Assembly: GCF_000253055.1 (NCBI RefSeq)
Contig: NC_016070.1
Location: forward strand, 900,001 to 932,000
Direction of reading: 5' to 3'
Origin: Thermoproteus tenax Kra 1
GTDB lineage: Archaea; Thermoproteota; Thermoprotei; Thermoproteales; Thermoproteaceae
Length of the DNA stretch: 32,000 bases
Below the pieces are notes generated by a model that saw only the letters and a program-made list of their open reading frames with translations, did not search any database and was not told where the DNA came from. Both the position numbers and the translations under genes were made by a program. Positions 14,822 through 22,604 of the stretch are shown one piece after another (position 1 is the stretch's first letter; every line of letters begins with the position of its first letter).

Positions 14822-15595
14822 TCACTCGACAGTCAAGAACCTCTTGGCGACGAGGAGGCCCACAGCGGTGGACGCCGCAGCGAAGACGGCCAGATATGCC
14901 AACGCAGCTGCATCGTAGGGGTCGCTCAATACGACCCCCCTGCCTATTTCCGTCGCAAAAGTTATGGGGTTGACGTCCGCTATGGCCCTCATCCACGCCG
15001 GATAGAACGTCTTGGGGAACAACGCTGTAGAAGTGAACATCAATGGCAAGTTCAAAACGTTGGCCACAAGCTGGGGCAGTTGCCAGTCGGAGGAGCGCAT
15101 GGCCACAGATAGATAGATGCTTGAGAAGCCGAGCCCCAACAACACTAGGGCGGCCATCCACAATAGGTAGCCGCCGAAGTCTGCGGGGAGCCTCACTCCG
15201 AACGCGGCGGCCGCCGCCAACATGATGGGCACTTGCAGGAGCCCCCTCGTGACCGCTCCCAGGACCTTGGAGAAGAACACGGCCTCCCTCGGCGCAGGAG
15301 TCACCAAGATCTTTTTCAAGAAGCCGAAGCGCCGGTCCCACACTATAGACATGGAGCTGAAAGTTCCTATAAACAACATGGACGTGGCCAGCTGGCCCGG
15401 GAGGATAAAGCCGATATAGTTCGATGTGCCGAAGAACTGGACTAAGTACTCCTTGGGCATGCCGTTGAGCGAAGAGCCGAAGAAGATGATCCAGATTATG
15501 GGCTGGACGAAAGTCATAGCCAACGCCGGCGGCCTTCTGTAGATCTTGATTATCTCCCTCTTGTATAGGCCCCAGAAGGCGCCCAGTCCGCTCAT
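14822..15595 (-). CDS. ABC-2 type exporter permease
   Basis: 257-aa ORF with six hydrophobic segments. The start overlaps the stop of the upstream ATPase gene by 4 nt (15592-15595). Confidence 0.85.
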   Translation of the reverse strand: MSGLGAFWGLYKREIIKIYRRPPALAMTFVQPIIWIIFFGSSLNGMPKEYLVQFFGTSNYIGFILPGQLATSMLFIGTFSSMSIVWDRRFGFLKKILVTPAPREAVFFSKVLGAVTRGLLQVPIMLAAAAAFGVRLPADFGGYLLWMAALVLLGLGFSSIYLSVAMRSSDWQLPQLVANVLNLPLMFTSTALFPKTFYPAWMRAIADVNPITFATEIGRGVVLSDPYDAAALAYLAVFAAASTAVGLLVAKRFLTVE

Positions 15596-16563
15596 CGCCT
15601 CGCCCTCTGCACCATTATGTACAACTTTCGGTAGTCCACGTGCGCCTCCTCTATACGCCTCCCCGTCAGCTTCATGAACACGGCGTCCAGCGACGGCCTC
15701 TCGACTCTGAGCGCTCTCACGGCCGAGAAGTCGAGCGCCTTGACTATGGCGGGGATCGCCTCGTCGGCCCTCCTAACGGTTATCCTCACCTTCCCATCGG
15801 CGACTGCCACGTCGACGACCTCGGGGATCGCCTTGAGCCTCGCCAGATCCAGCGGCTTGTCCACGTCCAACTCGACGATCTCTCCACCTACGCTCGCCTT
15901 AAGCTCGTCTGGAGTTCCCACGGCTATTATCTTGCCCAAGTCGATTATGGCGATCCTCCTGCATAGGGCCTCGGCCTCCTCCATGTAGTGAGTCGTCAAA
16001 AGTATCGTCACTCCGAACTCCCTGTTGACAGTCTTTATCAAGTCCCACAACATGGCCCTCGCGTTTACGTCGAGCCCTATCGTGGGCTCATCCAAGAAGA
16101 GCACCTCGGGCGAGTGCAATAGGGCGGTGGCTATCTCGAGCCTCTTCCTCATTCCGGTCGAGAAGCCGCCCACTGGCCTATTGGCGTGTTCCAGCAAGCC
16201 GAAGTAATTCAGAAGCTCCCTAGCCCTCTCCCTCCAGTTCCTCACGCCTTGGAGCCTCGCTTGAAGCTCCAAGTTCTCCCAAGCGGTGAGGTCGTCGTCT
16301 AGGATGACCTCAGAGGACACCCAGCCGACCCTCCTCTTAACCTCGCGTGTCTGTTTCACTACGTCGAAGCCGGCCACATAGGCCTGCCCCGAGGTGGGGG
16401 GCGTCAGACCGGTCAAGATCTTGATGGTGGTCGTCTTGCCCGCCCCGTTTGGGCCGAGCAGGCCGAACACCTCGCCCCTAGCCACGGAGAACGATATACC
16501 GGCCAGGGCAGTGACGGGGCCGTACCTCTTAACTAGATCGACTGCCCTTATGGCCTCAGTCAT
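15592..16563 (-). CDS. ABC transporter ATP-binding protein (DrrA/ABC-2 subfamily)
   Basis: 323-aa ORF with Walker A GPNGAGKTT, signature FSTGMRKRLEIA and Walker B LFLDEPTIGLD, plus a C-terminal extension as in DrrA-like ATPases. Confidence 0.92.
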   Translation of the reverse strand: MTEAIRAVDLVKRYGPVTALAGISFSVARGEVFGLLGPNGAGKTTTIKILTGLTPPTSGQAYVAGFDVVKQTREVKRRVGWVSSEVILDDDLTAWENLELQARLQGVRNWRERARELLNYFGLLEHANRPVGGFSTGMRKRLEIATALLHSPEVLFLDEPTIGLDVNARAMLWDLIKTVNREFGVTILLTTHYMEEAEALCRRIAIIDLGKIIAVGTPDELKASVGGEIVELDVDKPLDLARLKAIPEVVDVAVADGKVRITVRRADEAIPAIVKALDFSAVRALRVERPSLDAVFMKLTGRRIEEAHVDYRKLYIMVQRARR

Positions 16564-16763
16564 CGATATATCGAATATTAAGAGTTTTTAACGCTTTGGG
16601 TCAACTCAGAAGCGATTCCAAAAAGTCGATCTTTTCGGCGCTCCTCTTCAGAGACTGGAGCGCGCCTTTCTCCAAGCCCCATTCCTCTCGGTTTTTATCG
16701 GCCCTAGGCATGCCCCTAGTCCGCTATACCTATATAATTGTTTAGGTGCAACAATAATACTCC

Positions 16764-17774
16764 CTATATACTGGAATATAACTTAGATCTACGCCTCAAC
16801 TCGACGTCGAATCCGGGGAAAGAGACGCGGCAAGTGTCGTCGTAGAGGTAGACGACGATCTTCGACGGCCCGGCTAGCACAACGTCGCAACAGTCGGGGA
16901 CCCGGGGAAGCTCCGCGGGCTCTACGTGTACTGTGAAACGGCCGCCGAACTTTCTTTCCAAACGCCGTTCTACTCTGTCTGCTATCTTGTGCGCCTCCTC
17001 AATCGTTATATCCCTCTTGACTTTTATCACGACTTCGCCGTGATATACGGGGCCGGCCTTACGGAGCTTCACATCCCCCACGCCCACGACGCCTTCAACC
17101 CCCTTGGCCAAGCGCGCCGCCTCATCTCTGAGCTGAGGCGGCGAATAGTCGAGGAGCTCCAGAGCAGCTCCCCGGGCCGACCTCAAGCTCAGTCTGACGA
17201 AAACTGCAGTTATGCCTGCGGCGACGGCCACATCGATCAACGGGCCGATCTCTCTGAACAGACCTGCGCTCCACTGCTCCAGAGCGAGACCGGTGACGAA
17301 GAGGGCCAGGACTGCCGACGACGCCACTGCGTCTGTGGCGAAGTGTAGAGAGTCTGCGCTCAGAGCTCTGCTGTGTTTGAACCTCCTCAGGACCCTCACG
17401 CGGCTCACGTCGACTACTATGGCTCCGGCGACAGCGGCCGTAGCGCCGAGGTCTGGCGTATAGGTCTCCCAGGCGAGGAGCTTCTCGACAGCCTCGTAGG
17501 CGACGAGGCCGGCCGCTACAAGCACGACGATAGATCCCAGGAGCCCGCCCAAGGCGTCGGCCTTCTGGTGGCCGTACGGATGCTCAAGGTCGGGCGGCTT
17601 CAGGCTGGCTCTGACAGCCAGATAGCTTGTGGCTACGCCGACTACGTCGACTAGAACGTGGGCGAGCTCCGAGAGCGCGGCCACGGAGCCGGTCGTTATC
17701 CACACGGCCGAGTATATGAGAATCACGATGCCTGTTGCCGCTATAGAGGCCCTGGCGGCGCCCAGCTCGTCCAC
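16764..17774 (-). CDS. Cation diffusion facilitator (CDF) family metal efflux transporter
   Basis: 336-aa ORF with a GTG start. It has an N-terminal 6-TM domain carrying HVLVD and HFATD (HxxxD metal-site motifs of TM2/TM5), followed by a cytoplasmic C-terminal domain. Confidence 0.85.
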   Translation of the reverse strand: MDELGAARASIAATGIVILIYSAVWITTGSVAALSELAHVLVDVVGVATSYLAVRASLKPPDLEHPYGHQKADALGGLLGSIVVLVAAGLVAYEAVEKLLAWETYTPDLGATAAVAGAIVVDVSRVRVLRRFKHSRALSADSLHFATDAVASSAVLALFVTGLALEQWSAGLFREIGPLIDVAVAAGITAVFVRLSLRSARGAALELLDYSPPQLRDEAARLAKGVEGVVGVGDVKLRKAGPVYHGEVVIKVKRDITIEEAHKIADRVERRLERKFGGRFTVHVEPAELPRVPDCCDVVLAGPSKIVVYLYDDTCRVSFPGFDVELRRRSKLYSSI

Positions 17775-17802
17775 AGGGCCTATGATATCGATATTTATAT
17801 GT

Positions 17803-17847
17803 TTTTCGATATTGTTAACTCTGTTAACGCGCAGGTGTTATCGAAAA
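17803..17847. promoter_or_regulatory. Perfect 9-bp inverted repeat (TTTTCGATA-N27-TATCGAAAA), operator candidate
   Basis: Arms at 17803-17811 and 17839-17847. The spacer holds two TGTTAAC copies (GTTAAC at 17814-17819 and 17823-17828). It lies in the divergent promoter region between the CDF gene (start 17774) and ORF 17876..18682. Confidence 0.4.
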
Positions 17848-17875
17848 CGATTTAAAATAGTGGCGACGAGCTGTC

Positions 17876-18682
17876 GTGAAGATACTAGTGGGCGAGCACC
17901 GCGACGAAAGGATCGAGGCGCTCCCGCCCGAGCTATTGGAGAGGGTGAGGGCCAGAGGCTCGTGGGACGACTACATGAAGATACACGGAGGTCCTCTGGC
18001 GTCTGAAGCAAAGAGGAGGGAGGCCGAGGTCTTGGCCGAGCTCGGCCTTTTGGACGAGGCGTTGAGGAGGGGCAGGGCCATCGTCGCGTCGTATCCGCCG
18101 AGGCTGATAGGCCACAGCTCGGGCAAGGGCGGATACCTCAATCCAGCCGCCTATCTGGCCGCCAAAACCGGCTATCCCCTGATCTCGTTCGACGCACATT
18201 TCCCATGGGGCACTTGGGAGCTACACCTCAAGCTGGGGTTTCCTTTGTTGGCTATATACAGCGGCGCAGAGGGGCCCCATCCGGGGAGGCTGGCCAAGAG
18301 GAGCGATAGAATCGTTGCAGTGCCCCTCCCGCCGGGCGCATCGGACCAGTCCCTAGAGGCGGCCATATCGTTGGCGGAGGGCCTCGGCCCAGTGGTGTTG
18401 GAGGTCGGACTGGACTTCTACTACCGGGAGCCCTCAGGCCACTTCTTCGCCACAGATAGGACGTACTATCGCCTGGGGGCCCTCGTGGGAAGGGGCGGCC
18501 TTGCAGTTTTGGACTGCGTCAGCAAAGCCTCGGCGGAGGCCGCGGCGGCTCTGTTGGCGGGAGCCGAGGGGGGCCCGGAGCCTCCGGACAGGCCGTTCGA
18601 GGAGACGCGCGCCGTCCAGTCGGAGGCGGCAGCGGCGATCAAGAAGGCCAAGGAGCGGGCCCGAAGGATCTTCAAGGTTTAA
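17876..18682 (+). CDS. Divergent histone deacetylase/AcuC (arginase-fold deacetylase) superfamily-like protein
   Basis: 268-aa ORF with a GTG start. GHSSGKGGYLNPAAYLAAKTGYPLISFDAHFPWGTWE aligns by eye to the HDAC core PGHHA..GFC.fN.aA.aA....v.D.DvHHGnGTq. VLEVGLDFYYREPSG aligns to the G.D....DplG segment. Several catalytic positions are substituted. Confidence 0.4.
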   Translation: MKILVGEHRDERIEALPPELLERVRARGSWDDYMKIHGGPLASEAKRREAEVLAELGLLDEALRRGRAIVASYPPRLIGHSSGKGGYLNPAAYLAAKTGYPLISFDAHFPWGTWELHLKLGFPLLAIYSGAEGPHPGRLAKRSDRIVAVPLPPGASDQSLEAAISLAEGLGPVVLEVGLDFYYREPSGHFFATDRTYYRLGALVGRGGLAVLDCVSKASAEAAAALLAGAEGGPEPPDRPFEETRAVQSEAAAAIKKAKERARRIFKV

Positions 18683-18705
18683 ATGGACAGAGCGAGAGGA
18701 GGGAC

Positions 18706-19875
18706 ATGGCCAGATCCTCGGTCTTGGCTCTCACCAGCGCCGCCCACTTCATCAACGACGGAAACACGTGGCTTCTGCCCGTTGCCTACGCCTATCTAGT
18801 CAAAGTGCACGGAATGCCTGCGTATCTGGCGGGGATCATAGCCGCCCTCTTCGCGGCCCTCGGCGCTCTGGCCTCGCCCTTGGTGGGGCGCCTTATGGAT
18901 AAATACAAGAGGCCCATGAGGCTGATAGGGCTCGGCCTAGTCTTGTGGGCCCTCGGGCTCGCGGCGTTCGGCCTAGGAGTTCAGACCTACGATCTGCCGC
19001 TCGTGTTCGCAGGCGCTCTTGTCTCCGGATTCGCCTCGGCGTTCTATCACCCGTTGGGCTCCGCGGCCCTCGCGTTAGCCTACGGAGGAAGCAGCGGGGC
19101 GGCCATGGGCATAAACGGGGCCATGGGCAGCTTGGGGAGAGCCCTCTATCCGTCTATCAGCACGGCCCTCTTCGCGGCCCTCGGCAACTACTACTACTCG
19201 CTAATTGCCCTCGCATTGGCCACAGCCGCCGTGGCTGTCCCGACCTTTTTGGCTGAGGAGCCCTCCTACGAGGAGAGGGGAGGCCGCGGCGGGAGGCCCG
19301 AGGCAGTCAATATGAGGGCTGTGGCCGCGCTGACCGCCTCGGCGTTCCTCAGAGGCTTTGCGCTACAGGGGATAAGCCAGTACGTCGGAGTAATCCTGGT
19401 GACCTACTTCGGCTACGCCTTCGGCCAGGGGCTCGGCAACGAGCTCACGGCCTTCTTGCTGCCCGCCATTGTGGGACAGCCCCTCTTCGGCTATCTGAGC
19501 GACGCCGTGGGCAGGAGGACCATGTTGGCCGTCTCAACGGTCGGGGCGGCCCTCTCAGCGGCGGCCTTCGCTGCAACGGGCTCAGTATCTCTGCTTCCCC
19601 TCTTCGGCTTCTTCACCTTCAGCGCGTTCCCGTTGATGCTCTCCCTCGCGGGAGACCTAGTGCCGCGCTCCTCCACGGGCCTGGCCACCTCACTGGTCTG
19701 GGGCCTTGGGAACACCGGCGGAGGCGCGCTGGGGCCGGCGGCCATGGGCTTTATGCTCTCGGCGATGGGCCTCGGCGCAGTGTACGTGATGGCGTCGGTC
19801 GCCCTGGCGTCGGCCGCCACGCTGCTCGCAGTGCCGAGGCCTCCGAGGAGGGGTAGAGTGCCTCTGTTCGGCTAA
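18706..19875 (+). CDS. Major facilitator superfamily (MFS) transporter
   Basis: 389-aa ORF with about 12 hydrophobic segments and MFS motif-A-like loops GRLMDKYKRP and LSDAVGRRTM. Confidence 0.85.
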   Translation: MARSSVLALTSAAHFINDGNTWLLPVAYAYLVKVHGMPAYLAGIIAALFAALGALASPLVGRLMDKYKRPMRLIGLGLVLWALGLAAFGLGVQTYDLPLVFAGALVSGFASAFYHPLGSAALALAYGGSSGAAMGINGAMGSLGRALYPSISTALFAALGNYYYSLIALALATAAVAVPTFLAEEPSYEERGGRGGRPEAVNMRAVAALTASAFLRGFALQGISQYVGVILVTYFGYAFGQGLGNELTAFLLPAIVGQPLFGYLSDAVGRRTMLAVSTVGAALSAAAFAATGSVSLLPLFGFFTFSAFPLMLSLAGDLVPRSSTGLATSLVWGLGNTGGGALGPAAMGFMLSAMGLGAVYVMASVALASAATLLAVPRPPRRGRVPLFG

Positions 19876-19878
19876 AAG

Positions 19879-19886
19879 TTTTAAAG
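19879..19886 (+). promoter_or_regulatory. TATA box for tRNA-Ser
   Basis: TTTTAAAG centred about 25 nt upstream of the first tRNA nucleotide (19908). Confidence 0.5.
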
Positions 19887-19907
19887 CCCAGGGCTCAGCA
19901 TAGGACA

Positions 19908-19991
19908 GCCGGGGTGGCCGAGCGGCCCAAGGCGCGGGACTTGAGATCCCGTCCCCGCGAGGGGGCGTGGGTTCAAATCCCACCCCCGGCG
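19908..19991 (+). tRNA. tRNA-Ser (anticodon UGA)
   Basis: Hand-folded cloverleaf: acceptor GCCGGGG/CCCCGGC with discriminator G; D arm GCC-GAGCGGCCCAA-GGC; anticodon arm CGGGA-CUUGAGA-UCCCG (anticodon UGA); long variable arm UCCCCGCGAGGGGGCG; T arm GUGGG-UUCAAAU-CCCAC. No intron and no encoded CCA. Confidence 0.93.
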
Positions 19992-20050
19992 TCCGTTACA
20001 TGCCCTTTGGCACAACACAAAATTTATATTATAGGACGTTCTAGGAGGAT

Positions 20051-20449
20051 ATGAAAGGCCTAACCTCGATAGAGCTGGCGATACTGTTAGCGATAATAAT
20101 AGTGATAGCGGTGGCGGTCGGATGGTATATGTATACGACGTTCCTCTCCAGCACTACAGGGGCCGCCAAGGTGGAGATAGTTAGTGCCCAATATAGCATT
20201 TCAGCGAAAAATCTGACGCTCCAAGTAATAAACCCTGGACCTGTCAATAATGTTGGGGTTGCCAGTATAACTCTTGCGGGCCAGCAGTGTTCAGTGGGTA
20301 GTAGCCTCACAATTCCCATGCAGAGTAGCCCTGTCACAATAACAGTAAGTTGTGGCAGCATTCCAGCAGCAGTTGGCTCGACCCTCCAGGGCACTCTGAC
20401 GCTAACTTCGGGCGCAAGCTATCCGTTCGTGGCAACGGTCGTTTCGTAA
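20051..20449 (+). CDS. Archaeal type IV pilin-like protein (class III signal peptide)
   Basis: 132-aa ORF. MKG|LTSIELAILLAIIIVIAVAVGWYMY is a short basic leader ending KG, with a Glu at +5 and then a hydrophobic helix, as in prepilin-peptidase (PibD/FlaK) substrates. The rest is Ser/Thr/Val-rich and beta-type. GGAGG at 20044-20048 and a TATA at about 20021-20030. The region is visibly lower in GC than its neighbours. Confidence 0.7.
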   Translation: MKGLTSIELAILLAIIIVIAVAVGWYMYTTFLSSTTGAAKVEIVSAQYSISAKNLTLQVINPGPVNNVGVASITLAGQQCSVGSSLTIPMQSSPVTITVSCGSIPAAVGSTLQGTLTLTSGASYPFVATVVS

Positions 20450-20497
20450 TATACAGAAAACGAAAACTTTTTTTCTATAAAAATTTTAAATCTACCG

Positions 20498-21601
20498 ATG
20501 ATTATCGATCTTTCTGGAATTGTTGCTATTTACGGGGGCCCAGGGACGGGGAAGACCACTCTCGCCGCATCGGTGGCCCACAAGAGGCTCGCCCAAGGCG
20601 AGAGAGTCCTCTGGGCCTCTTTCTACGAGGACAAGCCCACTCTGCTGAGCTCCATGGCCCGCCTGGGCTACGACTTGAGCGGCGCAGACGTATGGGAGGC
20701 CGTCCTCACAGACCCCACCTCCACCTTCAACCAGATCTCCCACTTAGTCTCCCACAGCCCGCCGAACCTCCTGGTCCTGGACTCTATAACTCAGCTTCAG
20801 GGCGTGGACATCAGAGCCAACGTCACAAACCTTATATACCGCGCCTTCAAATTCGCCGGAATTGACGCCATAATAATCTCGGAGGAGCCGCCCGGCCCCC
20901 TGAGCTACATCGCCGACACGAGCGTCAGAATGTCCCTCGAGCTGACGAGCAGGGGGGTCCCCATCAGGAGGATGGTGGTGGAGAAGTCAAGAGGGGCTCC
21001 CGCCGGCGTGGCCAAAGAGTTTGAGATCCTCGAGGGAGCCGGCATAATCTTCCTAGACGAGCTGAGACCCAAGGTGGCCAAGAGCTCCTCGCTGTCCCTC
21101 GACGGCGCCTCAGTCTCGGGCGCCCGCTCTGCCCTAATTGTCGGAGGCTCCTCCGGAGTGTTCGCGGCCGCGTGGGCCGAGAGGCTGGCCGCCTCAGGCT
21201 CCAGAGTGTTGTTCCGCACCTATAGATCCTCACTCCCCTCCATAAAGGGGGCCCAGGTGGACAAACTGATGGCGGATCCAAAGGCGTACGGCAGACATAT
21301 CTACGAGTTGGTGAAAAAGGTCGAGGAGGCCGACGCCGACGTGGTCTTCTACGACGGCCTCGAAGTGGAGGAGCTGGTCTACGGCGCGAGGGAGGCGTTC
21401 TCCCTCAATTTGAGGAAGATACGCGCGTTGACAGAGCGCGGAATAGCCCTAGTCCTGTCGGGCCTGAGGGGGCGTTGGCTCAGATCCGTAGTAGACGCCG
21501 TAGTTGTGGCGTCTGGAGACATCGCGACGATCTCCAAGCCCTATTCTCCTCCGCTGACCTGCAAGTTCTCGGCCGCCGGCGGGCTCTCGCTCAGCTGTTG
21601 A
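20498..21601 (+). CDS. Two-domain KaiC-like ATPase (active N-terminal P-loop domain, degenerate second domain)
   Basis: 367-aa ORF with Walker A GGPGTGKTT at residues 13-21 and Walker B LLVLDS. The second half is RecA-like in layout, but the P-loop position reads LIVGGSSGVFAAAW. It is paralogous by eye to 26261..27466 (TLAASVAHKRL..WASFYEDKPTLLSSMARLGYDL versus ALAASVANRYK..WFTFYENRNRLIKFLTSMGIEP). Confidence 0.8.
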   Translation: MIIDLSGIVAIYGGPGTGKTTLAASVAHKRLAQGERVLWASFYEDKPTLLSSMARLGYDLSGADVWEAVLTDPTSTFNQISHLVSHSPPNLLVLDSITQLQGVDIRANVTNLIYRAFKFAGIDAIIISEEPPGPLSYIADTSVRMSLELTSRGVPIRRMVVEKSRGAPAGVAKEFEILEGAGIIFLDELRPKVAKSSSLSLDGASVSGARSALIVGGSSGVFAAAWAERLAASGSRVLFRTYRSSLPSIKGAQVDKLMADPKAYGRHIYELVKKVEEADADVVFYDGLEVEELVYGAREAFSLNLRKIRALTERGIALVLSGLRGRWLRSVVDAVVVASGDIATISKPYSPPLTCKFSAAGGLSLSC

Positions 21602-22581
21602 TGCGCTACCTCTTTACGACGGTGCCGGGGCTTGAGGACGTCGCAGTGGAGGAGCTGGCCTCGGTGGGCGCGACGCAAGCATCAGCCGTCAGTCTGACCG
21701 GCAGAGTGATCGCCGAAGTCCCCGCGCCGCCCACATCGCTTCTGGGCCTGCGCTCTGTGGAGAAATTCGGCGTATTTGTGGCGTCCGGCAGCTTCCGGGA
21801 TCTGGCCGATATAGCCTCGGGCGTTATGGCCCACATGGGGGAGATCAAGGAGTACCTCTCGCCCAATACGTCCGTCGGCGTCTCATGCGAGAGGGCCGGG
21901 AAACACCCCTTCAAGTCGAGAGACGTAGAGGCGGCTGTGGGAAGACTGTTCAAGGAGGCGGGCTACCCCATAAACCTGGTCGATCCAGACGTGGAGGTCA
22001 ACGTAGACGTAGTGGGCGACGCGTACTACGTCTGGATAACTTCGACGAAGTCCTCGCTCAAGGACAGAGGGAGGCCCTACCAACACTACGCCGCGCTGAA
22101 CCCCATAGTGGCCTTCGCAATGGCCAAGTTGGCGCGGGTGAAAGACGGCGAGACCGTCTGCGATCTGACGTGCGGCGGGGGTACCATATGTCTTGAGGCC
22201 GCCCGCGCGGCGCGGGTGAGGTGCATCTGCGTGGATATATCGCTCAAACACCTGAGGGGGGCTCTACAGAACTTCAAGGCGGAGGAGACCGACGCCGACG
22301 TGCTCTGGTTCGATTCCACTAAGCTCCACAGAGCAATGAGGCCTGTCTGCGACGTCTTCCTCTTCAATCCGCCCTACGGCGTGAGGATCCCTGCGGATAT
22401 ACATAAATTATATAGAGGTCTGGCCAAGTCAATCTCGGCGCTCGCCAGAGGCGGCGCCAGAGTCGCCGTGGTGACCCCCCGCTGGAGGGCCTTCCTTAAA
22501 TACTTCAGGGGCGAGGTGTGGGAGCGCCGGGTCATATATCAAGGGGGCATCTACAGCTCCATAGTCGTGGGATCACTTTAA
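21601..22581 (+). CDS. THUMP-domain class I SAM-dependent RNA (tRNA guanine-N2) methyltransferase, Trm11/Trm14-like
   Basis: I trimmed the track ORF to ATG 21601 (MRYLFTTVPGLEDVAVEELA, a typical THUMP-MTase start). SAM motif I is DLTCGGGTICLEAA and motif IV is FLFNPPYG. The ATG overlaps the stop of the upstream KaiC-like gene (TGATG, 21599-21603). Confidence 0.85.
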   Translation: MRYLFTTVPGLEDVAVEELASVGATQASAVSLTGRVIAEVPAPPTSLLGLRSVEKFGVFVASGSFRDLADIASGVMAHMGEIKEYLSPNTSVGVSCERAGKHPFKSRDVEAAVGRLFKEAGYPINLVDPDVEVNVDVVGDAYYVWITSTKSSLKDRGRPYQHYAALNPIVAFAMAKLARVKDGETVCDLTCGGGTICLEAARAARVRCICVDISLKHLRGALQNFKAEETDADVLWFDSTKLHRAMRPVCDVFLFNPPYGVRIPADIHKLYRGLAKSISALARGGARVAVVTPRWRAFLKYFRGEVWERRVIYQGGIYSSIVVGSL

Positions 22582-22604
22582 TTAGGCCGGCGCCCCTTCC
22601 CCTC

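Noticed and set aside
14781-15341. 186-aa out-of-frame ORF inside the ABC-2 permease gene
   Set aside because: Its Gly/Arg/Pro-rich composition marks it as a shadow ORF. The permease frame is hydrophobic, continuous and translationally coupled to the ATPase gene.
19992-20500. Integrated element at the 3' side of tRNA-Ser (lower-GC segment)
   Set aside because: There is no integrase gene, and I did not spot a downstream direct repeat of the tRNA 3' end (GGGTTCAAATCCCACCCCCGGCG). The low GC may simply reflect the pilin gene and its A/T-rich promoter and terminator. My repeat search was by eye only.
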